Positions 1 through 11,648 of a stretch of 64,000 nt of DNA are shown piece after piece. Below the pieces are notes generated by a model. The model worked only from the letters and a program-made list of their open reading frames with translations. It did not search any database and was not told the DNA's origin. Each line of letters begins with the position of its first letter. The stretch's first letter is position 1. This DNA comes from Octopus bimaculoides. Taxonomy: Eukaryota. The DNA is taken from contig NC_069006.1 of assembly GCF_001194135.2 (NCBI RefSeq), positions 21,749,710-21,813,709 on the forward strand, in the 5' to 3' direction. The translations under genes and the position numbers were made by a program.

Positions 1-149
1 CCACCTCTTTAAAATTGTTTTTCTTTTTTCTTCATTACCCTATTTACAAAAGACCCTGACATTTATATGAGCCAACCAGGGTTTGTCTAAGCAGTCAGTT
101 TCAAGCTATTGGTCATAGCAGTCAAATCACTCCGCCAGTACATGCCATT

Positions 150-477
150 ACATAAAATGGAATAACCATGGGATTGCACCTAGAAAGTTCCCTTCTGAAG
201 CACAAGTCTGGGCAAGGTTGTTTATAGAAGACTGGTAGTCGCCCATGCATACCAACTTCTCTTCCCCACGCGACCAATGTTATCCAAGAGAAAGGTAAAG
301 GCTGATACAGCTTGGCACCAATGACATCACAAGCCATTTCTACAGCTGAGTGAATTGGAGCAATGTCAAATAAAATGTCTTGCTCAAGAACACAACATAC
401 ACCCCGGCCGGCAATTGAACTCACTATTTCATGATTGTGAGCTCGACGCCCTAACCACAGAGCCATGTGCCTTTACA
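150..477 (-). mobile_element. CORE-type SINE, same family as 28118-28425
   Basis: Colinear similarity along the whole length; the ORF-track translations of both copies are recognisably alike. Confidence 0.75.
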
Positions 478-1896
478 TGTATTATATATGTTATAATTAA
501 ATCATATATTATGCACAATAATTGTGCTTTGTTATGCATGTGATCCCTGATCTGAGATGTTAAAGATTTTGGGGATCACTGCCATGGTGGATTCTTCATC
601 ACAGTTCATTACCGTAGATGTAGATGGCAGCAGAGTCATTGCGTAAATTAATGTAAATTAATGGCTGTTACAATTGAGTGCAGTGATGTTGAAACATCAA
701 AGCTTGTAATGGAGAGAAGCTTATTCAGTACAGATGGCATGTCGCAACAGAAGAACGGCTAAATTGGTGGAACGTTCAGATTCCAGAAAGCTTTGTGGTA
801 TCGTGAGGAGATGATGGGAGGAGGGGCTTGATGGTGGCAGACATGACTGCAGTTTATGATTCCTTAACCCAATTGTCAATACAATTCTACAGATGCAGGT
901 ATAGCTGTGAGGTTAAGGAAGCTCGTTTTGCAACCAGGTGGTTTCTAGTTCAGTCCCAGTCTCCCAAGCTAAAACGATGCAAAAGCACATTGTGGCCAGT
1001 GACGTATAACAACATTTGATACTCTGGTTGATTTCGTGACACACACACACACACGTACACATGCATGTATATATGTATGCATTGTGCATTAGCTACAATG
1101 AAATGAAATAATGCTGTAAAATGTAAGAGGAAACCGACTGGCAATAATGACTGTGGGTCTGTTATTTCAGATAGGATGATAACATGAGATGCATAATGCG
1201 TACAGATGTGATGAAGTGTGGTTTATATTACCATAGCTCGAGGGTAGAGAAATACATATAGCTGCAATTACTCCTCCTTGCTCTTCTCTTACCCTTCCCC
1301 TTTTCTCTCCCTCCCCCTCTCTCTCTATCTATCTGTCTCTTTCTAAGTACACTGAAGGAGTAATTAAAGGCCGTTGTGTACGCATGAGTGGAATGTTTTC
1401 TTGCGATTTAAGCATTACCTGTCAATTCTGTAAAGACAGGATGTGACATTTGAGTAGGTAAACCCAGCCTTGTTTGGCTGGCGTGGAGGAGAGAGAGCTG
1501 ATGAAATAGATCCTTAGACCTATGCTTTGCTAGAGGATCTAAGCTGACAAAGAGCCTTGTTTGGCTGGTGTAGGGATGTTGAAATAAGACTTCAGATTCC
1601 TGTTCTCTCCATCAAGTATTGTTCTCAAGTTTAACCCTTTTGATACCAACCTGCCTCACACTGGTCCTGGTTCTATGATATAAAACTTACAGTTTAAAGT
1701 GATTTAACCCTTTAGCACTTAAACCAGCCATATCTGGCCCAAATATTCTACCTGTCTTACATTGGAACTGGCCAGATCCAGCCTCTCACACCTATCCTAC
1801 AATGTCGCTCTAAAAATAAACAGTCACCTCTTCAGAATCTTGAAGCTACAAGATACTCCGGGAATAATTTTTTAAAATGTAGATGAACGGGTGCAG

Positions 1897-2045
1897 GCAT
1901 GGCTGTGTGGTAAGAAACCACATGGTTTCAGGTTCAGTTCCACTGCGTGGCACCAGGGAAAAGTGTCTTGTACTATAGCCTCAGGCCAACAAAAGCCTTG
2001 TGAGTTGATGTGGTAGATGGAAACTAAAAGAAGCCCATTGTATAC
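1897..2045 (+). mobile_element. tRNA-derived SINE family A (head CATGGCTGTGTGGTAAGAAGCTTGCTTCCCAACC...GGAAACTGAAAGAAGCCC)
   Basis: At least 15 copies in the window, e.g. (+) 16584, 21560, 23495, 27170, 47222, 57165, 58050, 61320 and (-) 5090, 30670, 32715, 48050, 58375, 62805; usually ends in (TA)n/(TG)n. Confidence 0.85.
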
Positions 2046-2052
2046 ATACATG

Positions 2053-2131
<79 letters not shown>

Positions 2132-3169
2132 CATCAAGAGGTAGGCCCGAAAATGGCGTACATTCTCTCCTGATGAGCCCATAAACTTGCTAGCATCAAG
2201 AGAAAAGTAAAAAAAAAAAAGGTGCACTAGATAGTGTTGTCCAAGGTTCACTTTCCTTTGCCTTAAGTCCTTGTGGCTAATAAAAGAAATCATTATTATT
2301 ATTATTATCATTAAGGTGGTGAACTGGTAGAGTCATCAGCACACAGGACGAAATGCATTTCATCTTTACGATCTGAGTTCAAATTCCGCCAGGGTCAACT
2401 TTGTCTTTCATTTTTTTGGGGTTGATGAAATAAGTACCAGTTATGTACTGGGGATGGTGTAATCGACTAGTTCCTCACTCCACCAGAATTTAAGGCCTTG
2501 TGCCTATAGTAGACTGGATTTTTATCATCATCATCATTTACCGCTAGCCCAATCAGCATCACAAACGTTACAAATAATTGCCACAGCCATTGTCCTGCTT
2601 TTATTTTTATTATTATTGTTGTTGTTGTTGTTGTTGTAGTTACTATTATTGTTATTATTCAATCTTTGTTGTTCCATTGTTACCAGTGGCCATTTATCAT
2701 GTCAAGAACTTCAACAAATGTCTTTTGTGTTTAGCTGGCATTCACAGAGGAAATTAAAAAAAAAAAAAAAACATACCGTCCAACCACCACCTAATACAAA
2801 TCTAGTGCACACACATACCCACACTACACACCCACACATCTCATATGACAAACACATATACACAAATATCATGCACCACATACAGACACACAAACACACA
2901 GAGTGTATAATGTACAAACGTACACACATCATACACAACGGACACACATACTGTATAATGCGCACACATGCACATACACACGCATACATATTATGCACCA
3001 CATGCAGACACACCCACACAAAGCCACACATGCACATATGTGAACAGAGCTTCCTCTACTCCTACCCTGATGTCTCCTCTACCTCTCTCCTCTCCGATGT
3101 TTCCAGCTGACCAATTCTGAACAACAGCTGAATGTGCGGCTGTTAGAGTCAATTAGGGTTATTGCAGCT

Positions 3170-3500
3170 GCTGTTCTTGATGCTGCTGATGATGGTGGTG
3201 GTGGTGGTGGTGGTGGTGGCAGCAGCGATGGTGGTGGTGGTGATGGTAACGTTGATGGCTATGGTGGTGATGGTGGTTGTGGTGATTATGGTGATAGTGG
3301 TGGTGGTTGTGGAAGTGGTGTGTTGTTGTTGGTAGTGATGATGGTGGCAGCAATGATGATGATGTTATGGTAATAGCGAGTGGTGGTGGTGGTGGTGGAG
3401 GAGGTTATAATATTGGTTGTGTTACTATAGCAGTGATTGTGATGGTGATGATGGTGATAGTCACTGTGGTGGTAGTGGTGGTGGTCGTCGTCGTTGCGGT
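3170..3500. repeat. Degenerate (GGT)n/(GAT)n trinucleotide tract
   Basis: Direct reading; similar tracts at 12530-13320, 15130-15300, 22570-22950 and 46340-46525. Confidence 0.9.
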
Positions 3501-4607
3501 GTCGAGTCTCAGTTAATTTTATGTATGAACGGATGCCAAGATGAATGCTTTTATTGGCCAAAGAAATTAAGGTTAAATGATTGTTTCATTGATGGATGTT
3601 GGCACCGTTTATTGTTGTCGGGTTTGTACTTTTGGACCGACACTGTTGACAGCGTGGTGGTGCCCCCCCCCCTGTTTCCATTCTATTTCCCTGGAATGAG
3701 GTTAGTTTTAGATGTACTTGTTCACCTTATCTAAGTCTGTGGCGGTATTCTTTTACTCATTTTTTTTTTTTTTTTGTTGGATTCACTGCATTGAAACCGA
3801 CCATATCCAGCCCAAATATTCCTTTCTGTTTTATGTTGAAACCAGCCAGATCCAGCCTCTCACACCACCCCTATAATGTCATTATAAATATAAGCAGTCA
3901 CATTATTGAAATCTTGAAGCTATGAAATATTGCAGGACTAACTAAAAACAATGAATAAATAAGCATTACATTTGACAGTAATTTGGATGCTAAAGGGTTA
4001 AACCAGCCATACCCTGTTCAAATAAAACTACCTGTTTTATGTTCAAACCAGCTAGATCCAGCCTTGCTGGAAAGAATCATTGAAATTAATGTTGATGCAA
4101 TGTGAGGCCCTTGTATGACTCTTGAGCCAGGCAGGCGTAGGTTTTGCACATTTTATTGCATAATGCACAACTGCGCTGGCTGGTAGAAGGAACAGGTGCC
4201 ACAGTATGAACTCTTTTGATGTGCCTTTTTCAGTCCTCCAACTGAGAGGCACACCTTTCCTCTTGTTGCGCATGTTCTGTTGTGAACAATGGCCATATCA
4301 CAATTTACCGGGGGTCGATTCGTGCGCGCGTTCTCTGATGGCTGACCAGGCCTGCATGACTCAAGCACCTCCTCCCACAAAACACACACACACACACAGT
4401 AAGCCTGAACAGCCATTCAGCTGGTCAGCTCCAGTCAAACCATCCAGCTCATGCCAGCATGGAAAATGGACATTAAATGATGATGATGATGATGATGATG
4501 ATCTCACACACACACACACGAGACTCTATATGTTTATATTTTCCATTTAAATTCAATGTCCTTTTCAAGTGATGCCAAATGTTTGCTTTTTCATTTATAC
4601 TTTAATC

Positions 4608-4642
<35 letters not shown>

Positions 4643-5229
4643 GCTATGTATTAAAAGACACAAGCTGTCCGGGTGGATAAGTTCGACGGACTTAAAACCA
4701 TTAACATGAATTATTAAACATAACAGTAAATGATTACCAATATATTAAACCATAATAGCACTAATTTAATGCATGCAACAGAGTAAATGTCGACACATTT
4801 GGTATCTGCTGGCCTTTCAAGTTTAATGTTTTGTATGCTGAGGTGTTAAGTTGGTAATCAGACATGCTGTGAAGGTCAATGATGATAATGCATGGAGTAC
4901 TTCAAAATAATGGAGACGGAGATTAAACTGCCTCCATCATATGCCATTACTGAGTAACAGTGTGTGAGAGTCTGTGCAATGTGTGCGTGTGATGCGTGAT
5001 GGTGTCTGGTGCATCCTTCCAGTGTGCCAGTCCAGTCAAACCGTCCAACCCATGCTTGCATGGACAACTGACGTTAAATGATGATGATATACATGATAGG
5101 CTTCTTTCAGTTTCCGCCTAACAATTCCACTCACAGGCCAAAGCTATAGTAGAAGACACTTTCCCAAGTTGCCACATAGTGGGACTGAAACCGGAACCAT
5201 GTGGTGGGGAAGCAAGCTTCTTACCACGC

Positions 5230-5418
5230 CTATATATATATATATATATACACACACACAGACACACACACACAGACACACAAATACATATATATACTTA
5301 CCTATGCACATACATACCTATGTATATACATATATATACCCTCACAAATGCAGACCTATACACATACGTATATACACACATACATACATGCATATCTACG
5401 CATATAAATATATACCCT

Positions 5419-5462
<44 letters not shown>

Positions 5463-5899
5463 CACACCCAGTCACACGCACAAACATTACCAATATTTAA
5501 GCTCACACCTTAAAATACATCCACATAATACCTACACAAATACACACATAATCATACACACACACACATATATATATATACACACATACATACATACATA
5601 CATACATACACGGTCTCACACACACACACACACACACAGCTACAAAGACAACTATTTAAGCTAACACCTTAAAAAAGGAGAAAACTGTTTACAAAATACA
5701 AAATGAGGCCATTCCCCATCACCCACCTCCGCTAAATCCACTAAAAGATGTGACCCACCAACCCAACAAAGAGATAGACAAGCACCTGACACCCCCCCCC
5801 CATGACCACCACTACAAAAGTTCCCCTTAAAATGGTATTTAAATGACAGGGAGTGGCAGCAAATTCTGAAAATTGTCTGCATATGTGAAAACAAATACC

Positions 5900-5942
<43 letters not shown>

Positions 5943-6342
5943 ATATATTCACTCACACACATACACATTCAGTTACTACCATACACATTCTCTGTACCTT
6001 TCATAGACATATGAATACACCCACACACACAGCTACACTTATACATTCCTGGAAACATATGCATTCAGATGTGCATAAACACACCTGAATATATACATAC
6101 ACACATACACTGCTGAATGCATTATTCTATATGTGTGCATAGGCATACCTGAACACACACACACACACACACACACACACATTTCTGAACACACATGCAC
6201 ATGCACCAAAATACCTGAATACACACACCACACATACATATACACTAACATGCAAACATACACTCCTGAACACATACATACATACATACATGCATGTTCC
6301 TGAATACCTTTATTAGATGTATGTACACATAGCGGAACATAT

Positions 6343-6377
<35 letters not shown>

Positions 6378-6700
6378 TACGCATACTTCAACATATACAC
6401 ACAGTCACATATACAAACACACACTCTTGTACACACATAAGTATATACATATATACTAAAATACCTGAACACACACACACACACACTCTTGAATTCTTTT
6501 ATTACATGTACGCATACCTGAACATATGCACACACACACACACACATACACAGAATCACAGATACAAAAATACATACTCCTGCACACACACAAGTATATG
6601 CACATGCACTGAAATACCTGAACAGATGCACACGTACACACACATAACATGCATACACTTACATGCAGACATACAGTTTTGAACTCCTGCACATACATAC
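5230..6700. repeat. Compound (TA)n/(CA)n/(TACA)n microsatellite field
   Basis: Direct reading; explains the HT/CV/YI ORFs in this stretch. Confidence 0.9.
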
Positions 6701-7103
6701 ACACCATGATAGAAGGAGAAAAGGAAGAAGTGAAAAAGAGGGCCATTGAGAGAGAGAGAGAGAAAGAGTTAAGAATGGACAGGAGTTGAAAATGAACAAT
6801 AAAAACAAGAATAACAAGAACAATCACAACAAACACAATACAGGGAAGGTAAAACTCCCTCTCTGTCTCACCTTTTCAAAATCTAGTAATGGAGGTTAGG
6901 GATAACAATGAGAATGAATGGGAGAGGAAAGTGAGAGGAGAGACAGAGTTGGAGTAAAGGGAGTGGGAAATGGAGAGAAGAGGGAGAGAGAGAAAGAGAG
7001 GTGGGTACAGGGTGGACAGACACTGACTCAAGGGGTGGAGTAAATGGTTATTATTTTTCCATTTAACTCTCACCCCACAAAAGAAACAGTAAAGAGCCGT
7101 TGC

Positions 7104-7161
7104 ATGCAAATTATTGCCTCACAATAAAGAAGAGGCTTCCCAAAAGAGTTGCCATAGCAAC
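7104..7161. promoter_or_regulatory. Octamer ATGCAAAT plus perfect RFX X-box GTTGCCATAGCAAC
   Basis: ATGCAAAT at 7104-7111 and X-box at 7148-7161 in non-repeat sequence. Confidence 0.3.
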
Positions 7162-7519
7162 AACAAATGCACAGGCCTGCACACATATATGCATACACAC
7201 ACATATGCATGCACGTGCAACACAGCACAGCGCAAAGTTGCATGTAGTCTCTTTGTCTACCTCATTGTCAACACATACCCAAGAGATGGCCCTCAAAATA
7301 TTATCATCTGTTGACTAATTAAAAGCACAAAATCCACAAGTATAGCCATGTGTATTCTGCAACCACTTGATTCTGGTTTCAATCTCACTGCAATACACTT
7401 TGGGCAAAGGTAAATTTCACAGAGAAAACTTGTGCTCCATCAGTTATGATGACGAATGTTCCAGTTGATTCGATCAACGGAACAGCCTGCTAGTGAAATT
7501 TCAAACATTAACTTGCATA

Positions 7520-7700
7520 GGCTGAATAATGTAAAACATACGGAAAAGAAACCTAGCTGTTTCTGGCAATAAAAACATCTGAAACAAAATTTTTGTTTCG
7601 TTGATCCTTAACGTACCACTGTACATTCCCGATTTACTAATTTGCTTGCATGGACCCCCAAGGGTTCATATGGACTATGGACCCTGGTTGAAAACCACTA
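7520..7700. mobile_element. hAT-type MITE remnant
   Basis: Ends in GGTTGAAAACCACT (cf. the CAGTGGTTCTCAACC terminus of hAT MITEs); a related copy lies at ~30490-30675, with similar ends near 35490 and 36485. Confidence 0.5.
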
Positions 7701-8159
7701 CATTAAGTGAAGTCAGTTAATGAATTTATGAGGCTTGAATGTTTAGAAAATGAGGATTTAAGACCGAATAGTGAAATGAATGAATAAATAAATAAATAAA
7801 TAAAAACTCGGTAGTGAAAAAAGACGAAGAAGTAGAAGAAAGAATAAAACATCACCATCATCATCAGATAAAAAAGAAAACAAAACAAAACAAAAACGAA
7901 GACAATAATGGAGACAATGACATTCTTAATAACACTAAACTTGACTGCTTCTCATTAGTATTTTGTATGTAAGCTGCTTAATATTGTTAATTGTTATTTG
8001 TGTATAAACTAGAAGCAAGAAAAGAAAGACATCAATAATCTTTCCCTTCATCATCATCATCCTCACCACCACCACCACTGCCATCATTATTCCATTCTAT
8101 GTAAATCCCTATCTTTGTATTGTACTCCTCATCTGTTGCCCTGATGGCAAATAAAAGTA

Positions 8160-8196
<37 letters not shown>

Positions 8197-9869
8197 CCAC
8201 AGTAATTACAATGTGAAATAAAAAAATTAAAAAAACAGGTCTAGCTTGGCTGGAGGCTGTGATTGAGAATAATGGGAAAAATTAAAGTTGAAAAAACCAA
8301 CTGAATTGAAAAAACAGTTTGTTTGTTTCTTTTCTTTTCTTTTTATTTATTACAAAACAATTTATAAAAAAGAGTAAAGGAAATATTTAAAAAAAGAAAT
8401 TCTAAAACAATGTCAAAACAAATGTAAAGTTTTTTTTCTCTAACCCTTTTACAAAAAAACATTCCAAAGTTTTCGTGTTTACATTTTGAATTGACTGAAA
8501 GAGATGGGAGAAAGAAGGCGAGAGAAAGAGGAAGAGAGAGGGGGCAGAGAGAGATATGGAAAATGGGGGGGGGNNNNNNNNNNTTTGTTATCATATTTTA
8601 TTGTTTCAATTATTTTTTTAAGTAATGAATTTAGTAAAATACCTTTTGTCATTATTAAGTTGATCGTTTGGCAGAATCATTAGCATGCTGTGTGACAAGC
8701 TCACCAGCATTTCAGCCATCACAACATTCTGAGTTCAAATTGCACCGAGGTCAACTCTGCCTTCCATCCTTTCAGGGGTCGGTAAATTAAGTACCAGTAA
8801 AACACTGGGGTCAATGTAATCGACTGGTCCCCTCCCCCAAAATTTCAGGCCTTGTGCCTATACGCTATATATATTATAGTATATAAATATAACTATGTTC
8901 TTTATGCAGTATATGTATGTATGTATGCACATATATATGCATAACTCCTGGGGCTTTTAGTTACATATTCTTCTGCATCTCATTTTTAATCATACCTAAG
9001 GCACCTATTATTATTATTATTATCATTATTATTATTATTATTATTATAGATACAGTTTGTTTTCAATTCCCACATTATAATTATCTCTATTTCCAGCTCT
9101 TTTATAACAGGATAGATTCTCAATTTCTTTCAGATTAGTTTTAACAACAACAACAACAGCCGCCGCCTCTGCCACCACCACCATTCAGATTTCATAATAG
9201 ATTCTGCATAAACGCCCATCATTTTTATACAATGTCACGTTCAGTCACTGCCCTTGTGGTAAATAAAAAAAGGATTATTCTTCAGATAAGATAAAAGAAA
9301 TCTATTATTATTTATTATTATTATTATTATTTTTCTAACTACTATCATTAGCATAAATATTATTATATTCCATTCTTGTATACCTGTAAGGCATTTTTCT
9401 TTGATGAATAAAATGAAAGATGCTTTAGATATCCTTGGATGGGGTGGTGTGGAGGAGACCCCTACAACATACGAAATATATTACATCTTTCACTGCACCC
9501 ATAAGATGTAGAATGGTAGACTGACTGACTGCCTGTCTATCTGTCTCTGTGACAAGTGTTCTGAGAAACATCTGAAGGATTGCAATTATGAAAGAATGGA
9601 CTTGACGGAAGCTTAGTATATATGCAAAGGTGAATGATCACTGTTGTCATCATCATCATCATCATCATCACTGCAATTGCTGCTATCATCATCATCATCT
9701 CCTGTGTAACAACATTACATTATAATCATATTAAAAAATTCTGGTACCATCATTAATAACTGTTATAATCATCATCATCATCACCAAGGCATATGAAAAT
9801 CCTCTTCTCCATCACCACCACCACCATCATCATCATCTCCTATCACTGGCTCAGCTATTTAAAAGCACA

Positions 9870-10410
9870 GCGAGAGATGAACCATTAGCATGCTGGGGAA
9901 AAATGCATAGCAGCATTTCCCCCATCTTTACGTCCTGAGTTCAAATTCTGCTGAGGTCGACTTTGCCTTTCATCCTTTTGGGATCGATAAATTAAGTACC
10001 AGTGAAACACTGGGGTTGATTTAATCGACTAATCCCCTCCTCCAAAATTTCAGGCCTTGAGCCTGATAAGCTGGGAGAATCGTTAGCATGCCAGTGAAAT
10101 GCTTACCGGTATTTTGTCTGGCTTCATGTTCTGAGTTCAAATTCTGCTGAGGTTGGCTTTGCCTTTCGTCCTTTTGGAGTCAATAAATTGAGTACCAGTG
10201 AAATACTGGGGTTCGATGTAATCAACTACTCCCCTCCCAGACAAAATGCTTAGTAGCATTTTTTCTGCTTTTACACTCTGAGTTCAAATTCTGTTGGGGG
10301 TCAACTTTGCCTTTCTTCCTTTCGGGGTCGATAAATTAAGTACCAGTTGAGTACTGGTGTCGATGTAATCAACTATCACCCTCCCTCAAATTTCAGGCCT
10401 TGTGCCTATA
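9870..10410 (+). mobile_element. Cluster of 3-4 tandem SINE family B copies (GAGGTCGACTTTGCCTTTCATCCTTTCGGGGTCGATAAATTAAGTACCAG core)
   Basis: The core recurs near 9950, 10150 and 10305; further copies near 2315, 8665, 23655, 25050, 39295, 50030, 52950, 55395, 55945(-), 57905 and 61850. The core resembles the MetaSINE domain as recalled (unverified). Confidence 0.8.
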
Positions 10411-10705
10411 ATAGGTTTATTGTTGTTGTTGTTGTTTCCAGTGTCACCTAGACATATTCTCCTAATTTTCCACTGAGCCAGCCAAAACTATGTTAATTGC
10501 TTATTTGTGTTGGGTCACCTTCATTAACCCACTATACACAGAACACACTTAATGACTTCCAATCTGGATTCTTACTTAAATGCCTATTTCAGTACATGTC
10601 TGGCTGTACACATACTTGTGTATATGTATATATACATGTGTGTGTAGACACGCACACACATGTATACAAAAGAAAATCAGTAATATAGAGATATAGTTTA
10701 ACCTC

Positions 10706-11648
10706 TTATTTCTACCCTCAAGTACGATATTATTTCTACACTCAAGTACGATATTATTTCTACACTCAAGTACGATATTATTTCTACANNNNNNNNNNAT
10801 TATTTCTACACTCAAGTACGATATTATTTCTACACTCAAGTACGATATTATTTCTACACTCAAGTACGATATTATTTCTACACTCAAGTACGATGTTATT
10901 TCTACACTCAAGTACGATGTTATTTCTACACTCAAGTACGATATTATTTCTACACTCGGATCTTTTTTAAAACGGGGGCCACATTTTTCATTAACGAAAC
11001 ACTTTGAAACTTGGAACACTGGTAGAATGTGTCATATAAAACATCTTTTTCTCTTAGTCTTCTTAAAAAAAAAAGAAATCCATAAATTATTCCATGTTAA
11101 AGTTGTCGTATTTCTGTAATTTCAACCAATCACTGACGTCCATTCAGCCGATATACATTAAGTGCCGACTACATAAACAAACGATTCTGAAACAATTAAC
11201 CCTAACCCTAACCCTAACTCTAACCCTAACCCTAACCCTAGGGTTAGGGTTAGGGTTAAAGAAAATTTAAAATGAAAAAAGCAAATAAAACGAAGAATCG
11301 TTTGTTTATGTAGTCGGCACTTAATGTATATCGGCTGAGTGGACGTCAGTGATTGGTTGAAATTATCGAAATAAGACAATTTTTTACATGAAATAAATTC
11401 GAATACAAAAAAATTTTTCTGTTCTATAACACAAAATAGATAAGTTTACGAAGTTTGAAAGTCTTTCGCTACCAAAAACACTACGTAAAACATTAATGAA
11501 AAATGTGGCCCCCGTTTTAAAAAAGATCCCTACACTCAAGTACGATGTTATTTCTACACTCAAGTACAATGTTATTTCTACACTCAAGTACGATATTATT
11601 TCTACACTCAAGTAGGATGTTATTTCTACACTCAAGTAGGATGTTATT
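10706..11648. repeat. 24-bp minisatellite (CTACACTCAAGTACGATATTATTT)n interrupted by the MITE
   Basis: About 10 units at 10706-10957 (with a 10-N gap) and about 5 units at 11530-11648; translates as repeating SVEIISYL on the minus strand. Confidence 0.9.
10958..11529. mobile_element. 572-bp MITE with perfect 37-bp TIRs, 8-bp TSD, internal inverted repeat and telomeric-repeat core
   Basis: TIR GGATCTTTTTTAAAACGGGGGCCACATTTTTCATTAA at 10958-10994 and its exact reverse complement at 11493-11529; TSD CTACACTC at 10950-10957 and 11530-11537. Confidence 0.9.

Noticed and set aside
7276-7310. Possible 29-nt minus-strand microexon (CAG|ATGATAATATTTTGAGGGCCATCTCTTGG|GTATGT)
   Set aside because: Wrong phase to follow exon 1 and no homology; chance-level signals.
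10706-10957. 24-bp repeat array as CRISPR
   Set aside because: Units are contiguous with no spacers, no cas genes, and the context is eukaryotic.
11195-11258. Telomeric repeats in both orientations as a chromosome-fusion scar
   Set aside because: The order is (CCCTAA)n then (TTAGGG)n, opposite to a fusion, and they lie inside a TSD-flanked MITE.
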